Shown: positions 46,444-54,501 of the stretch, piece by piece
How positions within the stretch are numbered: the first letter of the stretch is position 1
How the letters are laid out: each line of letters begins with the position of its first letter
Origin: a virus
Lineage: Duplodnaviria; Caudoviricetes
Length of the DNA: 54,501 nucleotides
IMG/VR virus record: IMGVR_UViG_3300018757_000023
Coordinates: 1-54,501 of that record
Reading direction: 5' to 3' (one strand)
Notes under the pieces: model-generated
Told to the model about the DNA's origin: nothing
Seen by the model: the letters and a program-made list of their open reading frames with translations, nothing else
Databases searched by the model: none
Position numbers and translations under genes: made by a program

Positions 46444-46779
46444 ATGATCGACGATGGTTGGAGAAAAACACTTCAGGAATGTATCGTATATGATCTACTT
46501 TTCAAAGCATTAATGGCAGATAAAGAGAAGATAGGCGGTACAGATTTAAAACTCCGCTATGGCCCCACGTTTGAAAAACTCTCCTTAATTGCCGAGAAAC
46601 AGCACCATCTTTACCGAAATGAACTGGGCAGACTCGGTTGCAAGATAGTCTCAAGACAGAATCAAAACGGCTTTTATACGGTTCAATGTAGGGTAAGGGG
46701 ATATATTGAGGAGGCAGTCTTTTCAGGTGAACTGCTGAAAGCTGAGTGCGAGGTAAGATTGCTGAACCTTATAGGGTAG
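46444..46779 (+). CDS. YhjD-like hypothetical protein
   Basis: L..D......LK..Y, L...G.KI, RGY pattern; SOS-like promoter. Confidence 0.55.
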   Translation: MIDDGWRKTLQECIVYDLLFKALMADKEKIGGTDLKLRYGPTFEKLSLIAEKQHHLYRNELGRLGCKIVSRQNQNGFYTVQCRVRGYIEEAVFSGELLKAECEVRLLNLIG

Positions 46780-46792
46780 CAACTTGAAAATC

Positions 46793-49381
46793 TTATGTGG
46801 AGGACTTCACTCTCTTCTCTTCCTCGCGAACACGACGCCGCTCTTCCTTCTCTCTTTCTTTTGCCTCTCGCACTACTTCTTCCATTCGATTGTGCCACTC
46901 ACGATCCTTTTGGTCGTATTCCAAGCGTCTTTGCTTTATCTCTTCGGAGACATCCTTCCAGTGCCTGCCAAACTGGCGCAAGCACGCTTCGCGGCGTTTT
47001 GATCTATCGCGTACAAATGGTGGCGGCGCTGCCATCTTGCATATAAATGCAACGTCACGCTTTGATGGCAGCTTGCGTGTGACGACAGCTTCATGTTGAC
47101 CGAGTGACGACCAGGCCTGGTCCGGATCCAGCGGCGCGATTACGGGTGCAAGGTCGCGGAAAGTTTGGACCTGTTTACTCTTGTATAGCGTAACCTGTAC
47201 GCCACCAGATTCGAACGAATCCCACAGTTTGCCAAGTTGAGCCCGGGAGTGCCCGAACATAACGAGTTTGCAACGATACTTCCGCAACTCTACAGCGGCT
47301 TCCTCGCCAAGTTTCGTTGCCATTTCACCGCGAATAAAGCGGTGTGGTTCATCCAGCAACACGACAAATGGTTTGCGGTCGGAGGGAGCAATATCAACCC
47401 GGGAGTATGCACCTTCCAGCAGAACTTTTGCGAATAGATAGGTAAGGATCGCCTCCTGACCATCAGGTCCGAAGCTGCTTTTGTCGCAGTAGACCGTAAC
47501 GCAGTATCCGTATCCGCCTTCTGGATTGTCAGCATATCGACGAAAATCCAGTGGCTGCCTTGATGTTTGATAGAAGAGGTTGGTTCGGAATCGATCAGAA
47601 GAAAGAACGCGTAGCCTGCTCAGGATGCCATCCACTGATATGTCGTCGCTGCCCCGGCGTGCTTTGTCCTGAAGATATTCCAACTCCGACACGACATCAA
47701 GGGCGGCAGCTACTTCCGGTCGCGAAAGCAACTCTTCTCGATATGACGGACTGGTAAGTGCGAGCTCTATGTCGAGTGGTGCGGATCCAGCGGCGCGGGC
47801 GGCAGCGGCCAGATAACGGTCCATACGGTTCGTAAAGTCGGCAGTCGCCATGCCAGATACAAACTGCCGCAGAAATGCCTTGCCTGCCTCGCGGGCTTGT
47901 TCTGCTTGCAGTTCGTCGTCTCCATGTAAAGTAGCAGGGGAGAACGACCAGGACAGCGGTATAGGCCATGCCTTATTGGTGAGATCAAGGTGGATGATCT
48001 TTTCCTCAGGGTAGTCCGGTGGCAGGCTGTCGTGAAGTTCTTTAACTGCAGCCCCATCCGCACTATCAAAGAAAAATACGGTCTGCCCAAGTCTGATGGC
48101 GCTATTTGCCCGGTGGATTGCTTCGCCGGTTTTCCCACTGCCCATCTCACCAAACACAAATTCAGGCAGACAATAAGTGTCACGGACATACTTTTCCTCT
48201 ACACCTGGATAGGCTGATACCGGTATCCGCGCAGTACGACTTTTTCCTTTTTCAGTTACAAGTCCAACGTCAATTCCCTGTACGTCATTTAGGAATAATT
48301 CGTCAGGAAGGTTGATTTCTGGTTTACTCACATTCTCTATTGATGGATACTCTTCTTGTAAATTACGTTGTGGAAGCTTAATAAAATGAGCGATCTCAGC
48401 GGCTGTAAGGATTTGACGCTCACCGAATAGCCAAGGCACTCGTATTTCACGCCTTCGTGCTTTTTGTATCCAGGAGGATAGACGACCGTCCCAGATCTGT
48501 TTTTCTTGCAACTCATTGTCATGGTTCAACTGCTTCAAGGCAAAGATCAAACCGCGTGCCACTCGGCGGCGTCTCCTATCATCAGGTGAGGTTACCAGGA
48601 GGCGGATTGTCACATCATATCCATTCTGTCCCGGCTTACATCTTGTAGCTTCGCTTATCTCCCTGCCTGGAGGCCACCACCGCGGTCTTTTTTGGTCAAA
48701 GTCCCTCTTATCATCTTCTGCGTCCTTATACCACGATTCTTCTGCTGCCTGGAAACCAACCTGCAAGATGGCCGTGTCACCATCTTGCATCGATCGTGAC
48801 ACCTCAAAGATTTCGCCGAGCGGGCTTTCAGTAAGTCGACGATCTGTTTTTAGAGACAGGAAAAACGGTCGTTTGATCCGTATATCGTATGCGGCAGTGA
48901 TCTTGCGATCGATACGTTGGAGAGGGCAAGCAGTCTCTTTTAAGGTTACGTGCTTCCATGTGATGCCTGCTTGTTGCTTTACTAGATCTTCATTGCCTGT
49001 GTTTGTTGTAACAAAAGTTTGATAGCTGTCCCGAGTGATTACTGTTTCAAAAAATACCCTGTCTGGATCGCGCAGACCGCCCTTGCCCCACCGTCGGAAC
49101 AGTTCCATATAGCTCCCGGCCAATACCTCGGCAAATTGATCTACTTTGTCGTTTTTTAATTGCAAATGGGGGATGAGTTGGTTGGTAGTATATAACGGTT
49201 TGGTGGCTGGTTTTACGTTAATAACCCTGTGTATCTTGGAGGTTGTTTCTTCTGCTGGTGGTTTTGGATGGGGTGGGGGATAAAATGGAGTGACTGCTGT
49301 TGGCATTACTGGAGCAAGAGCCTTGCAGTATGCGGGACGCGGCGTCAACTGTACGTTGATAGTGGCCCATCCTGGCTTCAT
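46793..49381 (-). CDS. Large HerA/FtsK/VirD4-superfamily P-loop ATPase
   Basis: VFGEMGSGKT Walker A, VVLLDEPH Walker B, ELRKY arginine-finger-like motif. Confidence 0.8.
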   Translation of the reverse strand: MKPGWATINVQLTPRPAYCKALAPVMPTAVTPFYPPPHPKPPAEETTSKIHRVINVKPATKPLYTTNQLIPHLQLKNDKVDQFAEVLAGSYMELFRRWGKGGLRDPDRVFFETVITRDSYQTFVTTNTGNEDLVKQQAGITWKHVTLKETACPLQRIDRKITAAYDIRIKRPFFLSLKTDRRLTESPLGEIFEVSRSMQDGDTAILQVGFQAAEESWYKDAEDDKRDFDQKRPRWWPPGREISEATRCKPGQNGYDVTIRLLVTSPDDRRRRRVARGLIFALKQLNHDNELQEKQIWDGRLSSWIQKARRREIRVPWLFGERQILTAAEIAHFIKLPQRNLQEEYPSIENVSKPEINLPDELFLNDVQGIDVGLVTEKGKSRTARIPVSAYPGVEEKYVRDTYCLPEFVFGEMGSGKTGEAIHRANSAIRLGQTVFFFDSADGAAVKELHDSLPPDYPEEKIIHLDLTNKAWPIPLSWSFSPATLHGDDELQAEQAREAGKAFLRQFVSGMATADFTNRMDRYLAAAARAAGSAPLDIELALTSPSYREELLSRPEVAAALDVVSELEYLQDKARRGSDDISVDGILSRLRVLSSDRFRTNLFYQTSRQPLDFRRYADNPEGGYGYCVTVYCDKSSFGPDGQEAILTYLFAKVLLEGAYSRVDIAPSDRKPFVVLLDEPHRFIRGEMATKLGEEAAVELRKYRCKLVMFGHSRAQLGKLWDSFESGGVQVTLYKSKQVQTFRDLAPVIAPLDPDQAWSSLGQHEAVVTRKLPSKRDVAFICKMAAPPPFVRDRSKRREACLRQFGRHWKDVSEEIKQRRLEYDQKDREWHNRMEEVVREAKEREKEERRRVREEEKRVKSST

Positions 49382-49521
49382 TTGCCTATCACTCCTATTA
49401 CACCTTTGATCATTGCTGCAACTTTCACGATGACGCTATCCGGAACCTCGACAACCTGAAACACACCATATGGCATGCCGATCATAAAGCCGATAATCAA
49501 GCCGATAAAAAAGCGCAGCAT
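49378..49521 (-). CDS. Small hydrophobic membrane peptide (47 aa; not in ORF track)
   Basis: MLRFFIGLIIGFMIGMPYGVFQVV...GK*; AAGGAG RBS; ATGA-coupled to the ATPase. Confidence 0.65.
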   Translation of the reverse strand: MLRFFIGLIIGFMIGMPYGVFQVVEVPDSVIVKVAAMIKGVIGVIGK

Positions 49522-49534
49522 TCCAATCGCTCCT

Positions 49535-49963
49535 TTACTTGTGGAGTTTTGCCATCACTTCGACAAGACGATCATTGAAGAGGGTGCCGATGATAGCCAA
49601 CAGCATCACCGCTGCTGGAACAAGGAAAACGCCGCCGGTAACGATTGCCGCTGTCTTTATGGTGACCACGCCCCAACGCTTTCTGAACACGAGCATTGCA
49701 AGACCGGCCATGATTGCAAGAGCACCAATTACCATAGCGACCTCTTGAAACAGTTGGAACATGGGAAACATACCATCCCATAAGCCGGTTCCTGTAGAAT
49801 CTGCCGCAAAAGCTTGCGCTTTGGCAAATAAAACTCCTGAGAATCCCCACAGGGTTATGGCCAAACGCCGTAGATCGATACGGCGTCGGTTTTTCAATTG
49901 AACAGGAACACCGTCCGGTTTCAAAGGCGAACTGACAACCACACCATTCATCCGTACGATCAT
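49535..49963 (-). CDS. Membrane protein with VirB2/TrbC pilin-like topology
   Basis: AAGGAGG RBS; signal-like AQAFA then two hydrophobic helices separated by RKR. Confidence 0.65.
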   Translation of the reverse strand: MIVRMNGVVVSSPLKPDGVPVQLKNRRRIDLRRLAITLWGFSGVLFAKAQAFAADSTGTGLWDGMFPMFQLFQEVAMVIGALAIMAGLAMLVFRKRWGVVTIKTAAIVTGGVFLVPAAVMLLAIIGTLFNDRLVEVMAKLHK

Positions 49964-50223
49964 GGATGTACCTCCTTGTATGTTTGGCGTTATACAAGCG
50001 CATAGTAATAATAAAACGAGGTGACGCAACATGAGACTGTACATTCTCCCTTGGCTGCTCATTGGGGGAGGGATAGCTTTGATTGGTTTTTCGCAACTGC
50101 CGCTCGAAAAATTGTTTCAATAGGACTGTGAAACAGGCATAAATTAACACACCCGGGCATACGCTGTGAGTAACGCACGCGTAAACGCGAGTAACGCAAC
50201 AGCTCCATAGGGAAAGTCTACTC

Positions 50224-50250
50224 ACCGCCGTTTTCGGCGGTTTTTTCTTT
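50224..50250 (+). terminator. Intrinsic terminator on the + strand
   Basis: ACCGCCG-TTTT-CGGCGGT followed by T-run. Confidence 0.7.
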
Positions 50251-50255
50251 TTCTG

Positions 50256-50456
50256 TCATACCTTCCAACTCATCCGATTCGCAAAGTCAAGCAGTGTACC
50301 CATCTTCTCTTCAGAGCAGGACATGTCTGAGATACCGAGACGAATATTTTCATACTCCCGCTCGGCATACACACACAATGCAACTACCAGTGTTTTCTCG
50401 TCAAAACCGCACTGATGGAGTCCTACAATCAGTTCGCGCACGATAACCATATTCAC
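50256..50456 (-). CDS. Hypothetical protein
   Basis: GTGA-coupled to the upstream gene. Confidence 0.5.
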   Translation of the reverse strand: MNMVIVRELIVGLHQCGFDEKTLVVALCVYAEREYENIRLGISDMSCSEEKMGTLLDFANRMSWKV

Positions 50457-50638
50457 GATTTAGTCGCCCCCTTGCCGCCTACCTGACGGTTTTCTTTTTG
50501 TGCCTGCAGAGATAAAACAGTGTGCTTGAGTCGATCTTTTACCCACTTGCTGAAATTGATCGATCTGGCGTACTCATAACATGCTTTTTCGAGTGGATCA
50601 TCGACATTAAACGCCACCTGTTTGCGCTCTGTTGCCAT
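50453..50638 (-). CDS. Small ribbon-helix-helix-like protein
   Basis: K.VAFN..DP.E....EY....NFS..VK..L; GGAGGTG RBS. Confidence 0.6.
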   Translation of the reverse strand: MATERKQVAFNVDDPLEKACYEYARSINFSKWVKDRLKHTVLSLQAQKENRQVGGKGATKS

Positions 50639-50798
50639 ACACCCCACCTCCCACTGTTATGTTCCTCCCTGGAGCAGATTGCTCCGGGCTGTTGTGTTAC
50701 TATCTGATGCGCTATGGAATGTCCAATATTCCGCAAAATTTGCGGATGTTTGGACTAATATTCGGAAGGTTTGTCCAAACTGCTACTGAGGTGATTGC

Positions 50799-51023
50799 AT
50801 GTTCGGTTTGGGGAAACCACGATCAAAAGTAGGGGAGTGGCTGGATTCAAAGGGGAAATCACAGAAGTGGTTGACATTGAATGCAAAAATAAGCGAGGAT
50901 ACGGCTACCCGAGTTTGTTCCGATCCACACTACATCCCGGGTAATTCAACCAAAAAGAAGGTATTAAGCGTCATAAGAGAAATCGATCCAGAAAAGCAGC
51001 ACGATGATTTCTGGCCAATGTAA
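50799..51023 (+). CDS. HTH transcriptional regulator
   Basis: GLGK.RSK.G..LD..G..Q.WL...DFW pattern typical of Bacillales phage right arms. Confidence 0.75.
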   Translation: MFGLGKPRSKVGEWLDSKGKSQKWLTLNAKISEDTATRVCSDPHYIPGNSTKKKVLSVIREIDPEKQHDDFWPM

Positions 51024-51115
51024 AGAGCCCTTATAGTTCTAAGGGCTCTTTTGCGTCGTGATAAAATATCGTTATCGAATGGACAACCAGAAAATCCACA
51101 GGAAAAAGTGATGAT

Positions 51116-51484
51116 ATGACAGCACGAATATTTTGCGTAAGAGTGAATAAACAAGGTGATGAGTATGACTACATGGAATTTGATTTGGTCAATGATGTAT
51201 TCTTTGTTTCGATCTATCGACCTAAGAGGGTAGGAGACGGTATTTTGATACTGCATACAAAGTACGGAGAATATCACTGGATAAACACATTAGCAGGTGC
51301 AAGGAAGTTGTGGTCTGGATATGGATTTGTAGCTTTGGACACTGTTAATGTTGTCAATCTTAACAAGGTAGTAGCCGCAAATCCTGATGAAAAGATGGTA
51401 TATTTCAAAGACGGATCGTCAACTACGGTTTCTAAGAAGAAAATACATTTAGTTCAGCACCTACCAAGATGGAGAGAAAGATAA
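51116..51484 (+). CDS. Stand-alone LytTR DNA-binding domain protein
   Basis: HT..G.Y, GF..LD..N.VNL..V, V.F.DG....VS LytTR-like pattern. Confidence 0.7.
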   Translation: MTARIFCVRVNKQGDEYDYMEFDLVNDVFFVSIYRPKRVGDGILILHTKYGEYHWINTLAGARKLWSGYGFVALDTVNVVNLNKVVAANPDEKMVYFKDGSSTTVSKKKIHLVQHLPRWRER

Positions 51485-51719
51485 AGCAAAATAGCATTTT
51501 ACATTATTCTACAATAACCGTCAATAATTTTTGGAACCTGTTCCATATGATGTATTTCCATCGTATGGGAAATGGTAATATCATAATAAGATTTTCAAAT
51601 ATTAGAAAATGGAAACAAAATATTATTAGAGGTTTCAAAGTGGGGGGGATTTGCGAACTTGTTCACATTGCGACTTGTCTATATGGCAAGTTTCTCGTTG
51701 TGGGAGGAGCTTACAAAGC

Positions 51720-51947
51720 TCACTGCCGTTTACCTTTTTCAACGATGATCCACTCATAGAAGTCTTCTGCATGACAATCAAGAATTTGAGCAGCTAACAC
51801 GGCGTTCTCGTAAGTCATTTCGCGTTCGTTGGAAATCCAGCGGCTTACAGTTGATTCAGCAACCTTCATTCGACGTGCTAATTCTGCAGGCTTCATTTTG
51901 TTTCTCAGTATGTCGGGCAAACGGCATCTCCCTTTTCGGAGAGCCAT
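51720..51947 (-). CDS. Xre-family HTH regulator
   Basis: GRC.L..L, AELARR..V..STVSRW...R.M, L.C..ED.YEW. Confidence 0.85.
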   Translation of the reverse strand: MALRKGRCRLPDILRNKMKPAELARRMKVAESTVSRWISNEREMTYENAVLAAQILDCHAEDFYEWIIVEKGKRQ

Positions 51948-52051
51948 ATTAAGTTCCTTTCATAACAAAACTTCGGTGGTGATGAACGTCGGGCGAATTA
52001 TAACATGTCCAACATTTTCCTGTAAAGATATATACATCGAAGGGGGTTCTT

Positions 52052-52240
52052 ATGCATACAATAGAAGTCCTAAAAAAACTGAAGATTCACGAAGAAGTAA
52101 TGTATGTGATTGCTGTCTCTAAAGTAATGAAGATCAAACTCCCGAATAAAGTTAGAGTTATTACATTAGGCGCAGAAAATATTTACAGAATTTGCAGCTT
52201 TGATATAGCAGGTGTAAAAAAGGAAGGGCCTGGAGGGTGA
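52052..52240 (+). CDS. Small protein next to attR, candidate recombination directionality factor
   Basis: 62 aa, AGGGGG RBS, terminator hairpin at about 52222-52255; position only. Confidence 0.4.
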   Translation: MHTIEVLKKLKIHEEVMYVIAVSKVMKIKLPNKVRVITLGAENIYRICSFDIAGVKKEGPGG

Positions 52241-52273
52241 AACCCCAGGTCCTTCAAGGTGAAAAACGTATAC

Positions 52274-52326
52274 TTTTAGATTATCATGGAGACCCGTGGA
52301 AAGAGCAACGTTTTGCTTGGGATTAG
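52274..52326 (+). other. attR (phage P arm + displaced host gene 3' end DPWKEQRFAWD*)
   Basis: GACCCGTGGAAA core at 52291-52302; translation matches the C-terminus at 414-449. Confidence 0.88.
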
Positions 52327-52365
52327 TCCTTATCGGAGCAACATAATAATTTTGGCCAGAGTGCT

Positions 52366-52393
52366 CAGCAGGAGAAATTAATTTCTCCTGCTG
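52366..52393. terminator. Perfect 28-bp palindrome, probable original terminator of the host yuiH-like gene
   Basis: CAGCAGGAGAAATTAATTTCTCCTGCTG. Confidence 0.55.
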
Positions 52394-52671
52394 GTTTCAT
52401 TATGAGAGGATGATTTTGACATGCATTCATGTTTGGATCATTTCTGGTTGTGGGAATAAGCGACTAGGTAATAAAATTTGAATTTTTTCTTTACCGGACT
52501 CTGCATAGAGCAAGGTCGGATTTTGTTTGAATTGATCCATAGAATTAGCCGTGTAGACGAAATTCTTCCCAGAGATCTCGGCTTTTTTCACATGTTGAGC
52601 TTTGCAATTCCGCTGATGAGTCAATGGAAAGGATGTGATAAACTGGAAAGTAACGATAGACGAAAGGCTGA

Positions 52672-53163
52672 TTGTGCATGAACCCAAAAACGACAAGCAG
52701 GGGAATTGTTACGGAAGTAATCCAGTACGTCGCGGGAGTCATTATTTTGGTATTTGGAGTGATTATGATCGCTGGGGCAATGGCTTCCGAAGAGACAAAG
52801 TTGACCGTAACGGAAGATTTGGTACTCTTTCTTCTGCTCGGGGTTCTTCCAGCTTTGATCGGTGGCTGGCTATTGTTCGCGGCAAGAAAAAATACCAGGC
52901 TCCGAAGGTTAGACGCAATGGAAAATTTGGTGCTTCAGATTGCTTCGCGTTATGGCGGCAAATTAACCGCTACGGAGCTTGCGATGAATTCCAAGTTGTC
53001 AATTACGCAGGCGAATGAAGTGTTGGAGGGTTTTACGAAGCAGAACGTAGCCTACCTCACGATTACGAACAATGGCACGTATGTGTATCAATTTGAGGGA
53101 ATTATTAGTCAGCAGGAGAAAGATCAGGCAGAATCGTTGAAATCCTTGATTTATAAGGAATAG
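52672..53163 (+). CDS. Host membrane protein with C-terminal winged-helix-like domain
   Basis: Two TM helices then GG.LT..ELA. Confidence 0.7.
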   Translation: MCMNPKTTSRGIVTEVIQYVAGVIILVFGVIMIAGAMASEETKLTVTEDLVLFLLLGVLPALIGGWLLFAARKNTRLRRLDAMENLVLQIASRYGGKLTATELAMNSKLSITQANEVLEGFTKQNVAYLTITNNGTYVYQFEGIISQQEKDQAESLKSLIYKE

Positions 53164-53350
53164 TGTCGTCTGCAAATCACGCTGAAACCTCATCCTTTGT
53201 TGATGAGGTTTTTTGCGTAAAAGCTTCAAACATTTACTCACAGAAAATCCACAAAGGTCAAACGACTCTGTGGATATCTATTGGGCATAAAAAAGCGGCA
53301 GCCTGGAAGAAAATCATCTCCAGTATGCCGCTTGTGTTGTCTCCAAGTAT

Positions 53351-54133
53351 CTATTGAGTCAACAATTCCTCTCTCTTGGTGATTACATGATCCCAATCAA
53401 TCACATACACTTTTACCCCTGCTAGTTTATATCTGTCGCCAGCTTGTGTGTAAATTTTCTCGGTGAACTCCCTTGTTTCCTCATTGAAGGAAAGAGAGCC
53501 TTGAACGGGATCGATCTGACGGGAGAACACTTTGGAAATGGAAATTTTCACTTTATCAATTTGATACCCGTTGATGAAGGAACCTTGTGAATTTTTTTCG
53601 AGCATATAGAACATGTTGGCGTGAACCATGCGAGAAATGGGAGTCAAGGTCCCGGTGCTTTCCATCTTGGGAATAACAAGCTCTTGGTTGTTTACAATAT
53701 TAACCACTTTTTCGTAATAGGGACGTAAAGCGTACACATAATCCAATGGATGTGGATAATTTTGCTGACCTTGCATTCCCGCATACTGTGGTGCATTTTT
53801 GGCTCGATCAGCACTTTCAAAACGGACAGCAGGCGTGTCGTTATCCCACGTTTGACCGATGCCAAACATATTGGCAATGGTAGCGGCAGGAACATACACG
53901 TTGCCGTTGTAGCTAAATGGCTCTGCCTTGGTTTGAATCTCTTGGCCATTGACAATTAATTTGATATTTGCAAAATGTACCCGTATGGCTTCCGTTGCCT
54001 TTTTTGCCAGTACGCTGTTGCTCCCGGCCATCATTCCCCCCGTAAACAATAACGCCCCTGCAACGCTTCCAATGACGATTTTCTTCGAAATATTCAACAC
54101 GGATCTCACTCCTTCTTGCTTTTGTTTATACAA
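53351..54133 (-). CDS. Host exported protein with copper amine oxidase N-terminal (stalk) domain; true start probably near 54100
   Basis: Signal peptide; IKLIVNG......EPF.YNG..YVP. Confidence 0.75.
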   Translation of the reverse strand: MYKQKQEGVRSVLNISKKIVIGSVAGALLFTGGMMAGSNSVLAKKATEAIRVHFANIKLIVNGQEIQTKAEPFSYNGNVYVPAATIANMFGIGQTWDNDTPAVRFESADRAKNAPQYAGMQGQQNYPHPLDYVYALRPYYEKVVNIVNNQELVIPKMESTGTLTPISRMVHANMFYMLEKNSQGSFINGYQIDKVKISISKVFSRQIDPVQGSLSFNEETREFTEKIYTQAGDRYKLAGVKVYVIDWDHVITKREELLTQ

Positions 54134-54420
54134 ATTAAACGTTGAAGAGAAATAAATGTTGCATGCTCAAGACAAATAGGGAAAATACCTGGGCTGGTGT
54201 TCATTACATAGAAGGAACCACTGAATCGGCAAATCGGAGGAGGCGTGAAATCCCATTACATAACAGGTTCCGCATGCAAGGACATCTTTTTATGAAAACG
54301 TGGGCCAATCTCCCTTTTGGGAAGATCCGCAAAATATCTTAATAGCTGGTAGAACTTTGACAGAGGCGGGAAATAAAAAGACGGACACCATCAGCTGGAT
54401 GCGGTGTCCGTTTTTCCGTA

Positions 54421-54501
54421 TTATTTCAGAGCCTTGTATGCATTAGCCTCGCCAGCTCCGAAGTATTGGTCTGTCCCTCTTTTGCCCATGTCAATCGCTG
54501 T
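54421..54501 (-). CDS. 3' end of a host subtilisin-like (S8) peptidase
   Basis: TAIDMGKRGTDQYFGAGEANAYKALK* matches the TA.D.G..G.D..FG.G..NA S8 tail; terminator hairpin at about 54381-54415. Confidence 0.6.
   Translation of the reverse strand, partial: TAIDMGKRGTDQYFGAGEANAYKALK

Larger units (their letters stand above)
414..52302. mobile_element. Complete temperate prophage, contractile-tailed (myovirus-like), about 51.9 kb
   Basis: Integrase, immunity, replication, packaging, head, sheath/tube/baseplate and lysis modules bounded by the direct repeat GACCCGTGGAAA at 414-425 and 52291-52302. Confidence 0.95.

Noticed and set aside
49572-50225. 217-aa minus-strand ORF, and the 5' extension of 49535..50062
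   Set aside because: No RBS, overlaps the better-supported membrane gene, atypical composition
52613-52650. CTGATGAG as a possible hammerhead ribozyme core (also at 29175)
   Set aside because: No properly placed GAAA or closing stems found
1-54501. Arbitrium/Rap-Phr, diversity-generating retroelement, tRNA genes, IS elements
   Set aside because: No TPR receptor, reverse transcriptase, TR/VR pair, cloverleaf or transposase recognised by eye

Overview
The window holds one apparently complete temperate prophage of about 51.9 kb (414..52302) in a spore-forming Bacillales host, plausibly Brevibacillus or Paenibacillus (inferred from gene content). A large serine recombinase has integrated it into the last codons of a YuiH-like sulfite-oxidase-family gene, and the phage attP supplies a recoded replacement 3' end. 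Module order: integrase/ImmA/ImmR immunity; early genes (Rha, a sporulation-type sigma factor, YyaC, Gam-ERF-SSB, HNH, replication initiator with iterons, DnaC, RusA); a short tyrosine recombinase with an accessory-gene array; dUTPase and late activator; PBSX-type terminase, SPP1-type portal and head; contractile Xkd-like tail; lysis; and a right-arm accessory block with a HerA/FtsK/VirD4-like ATPase and membrane proteins. The most striking unexplained structure is 13985..19812. There, ten dif/Xer-like 8-6-8 bp sites (TAACAHAA-N6-TTGTGWWA-like) sit exactly at gene boundaries just downstream of the tyrosine recombinase and split the accessory genes into nine integron-like cassettes. All protein calls come from motif recognition by eye; no database searches were run.
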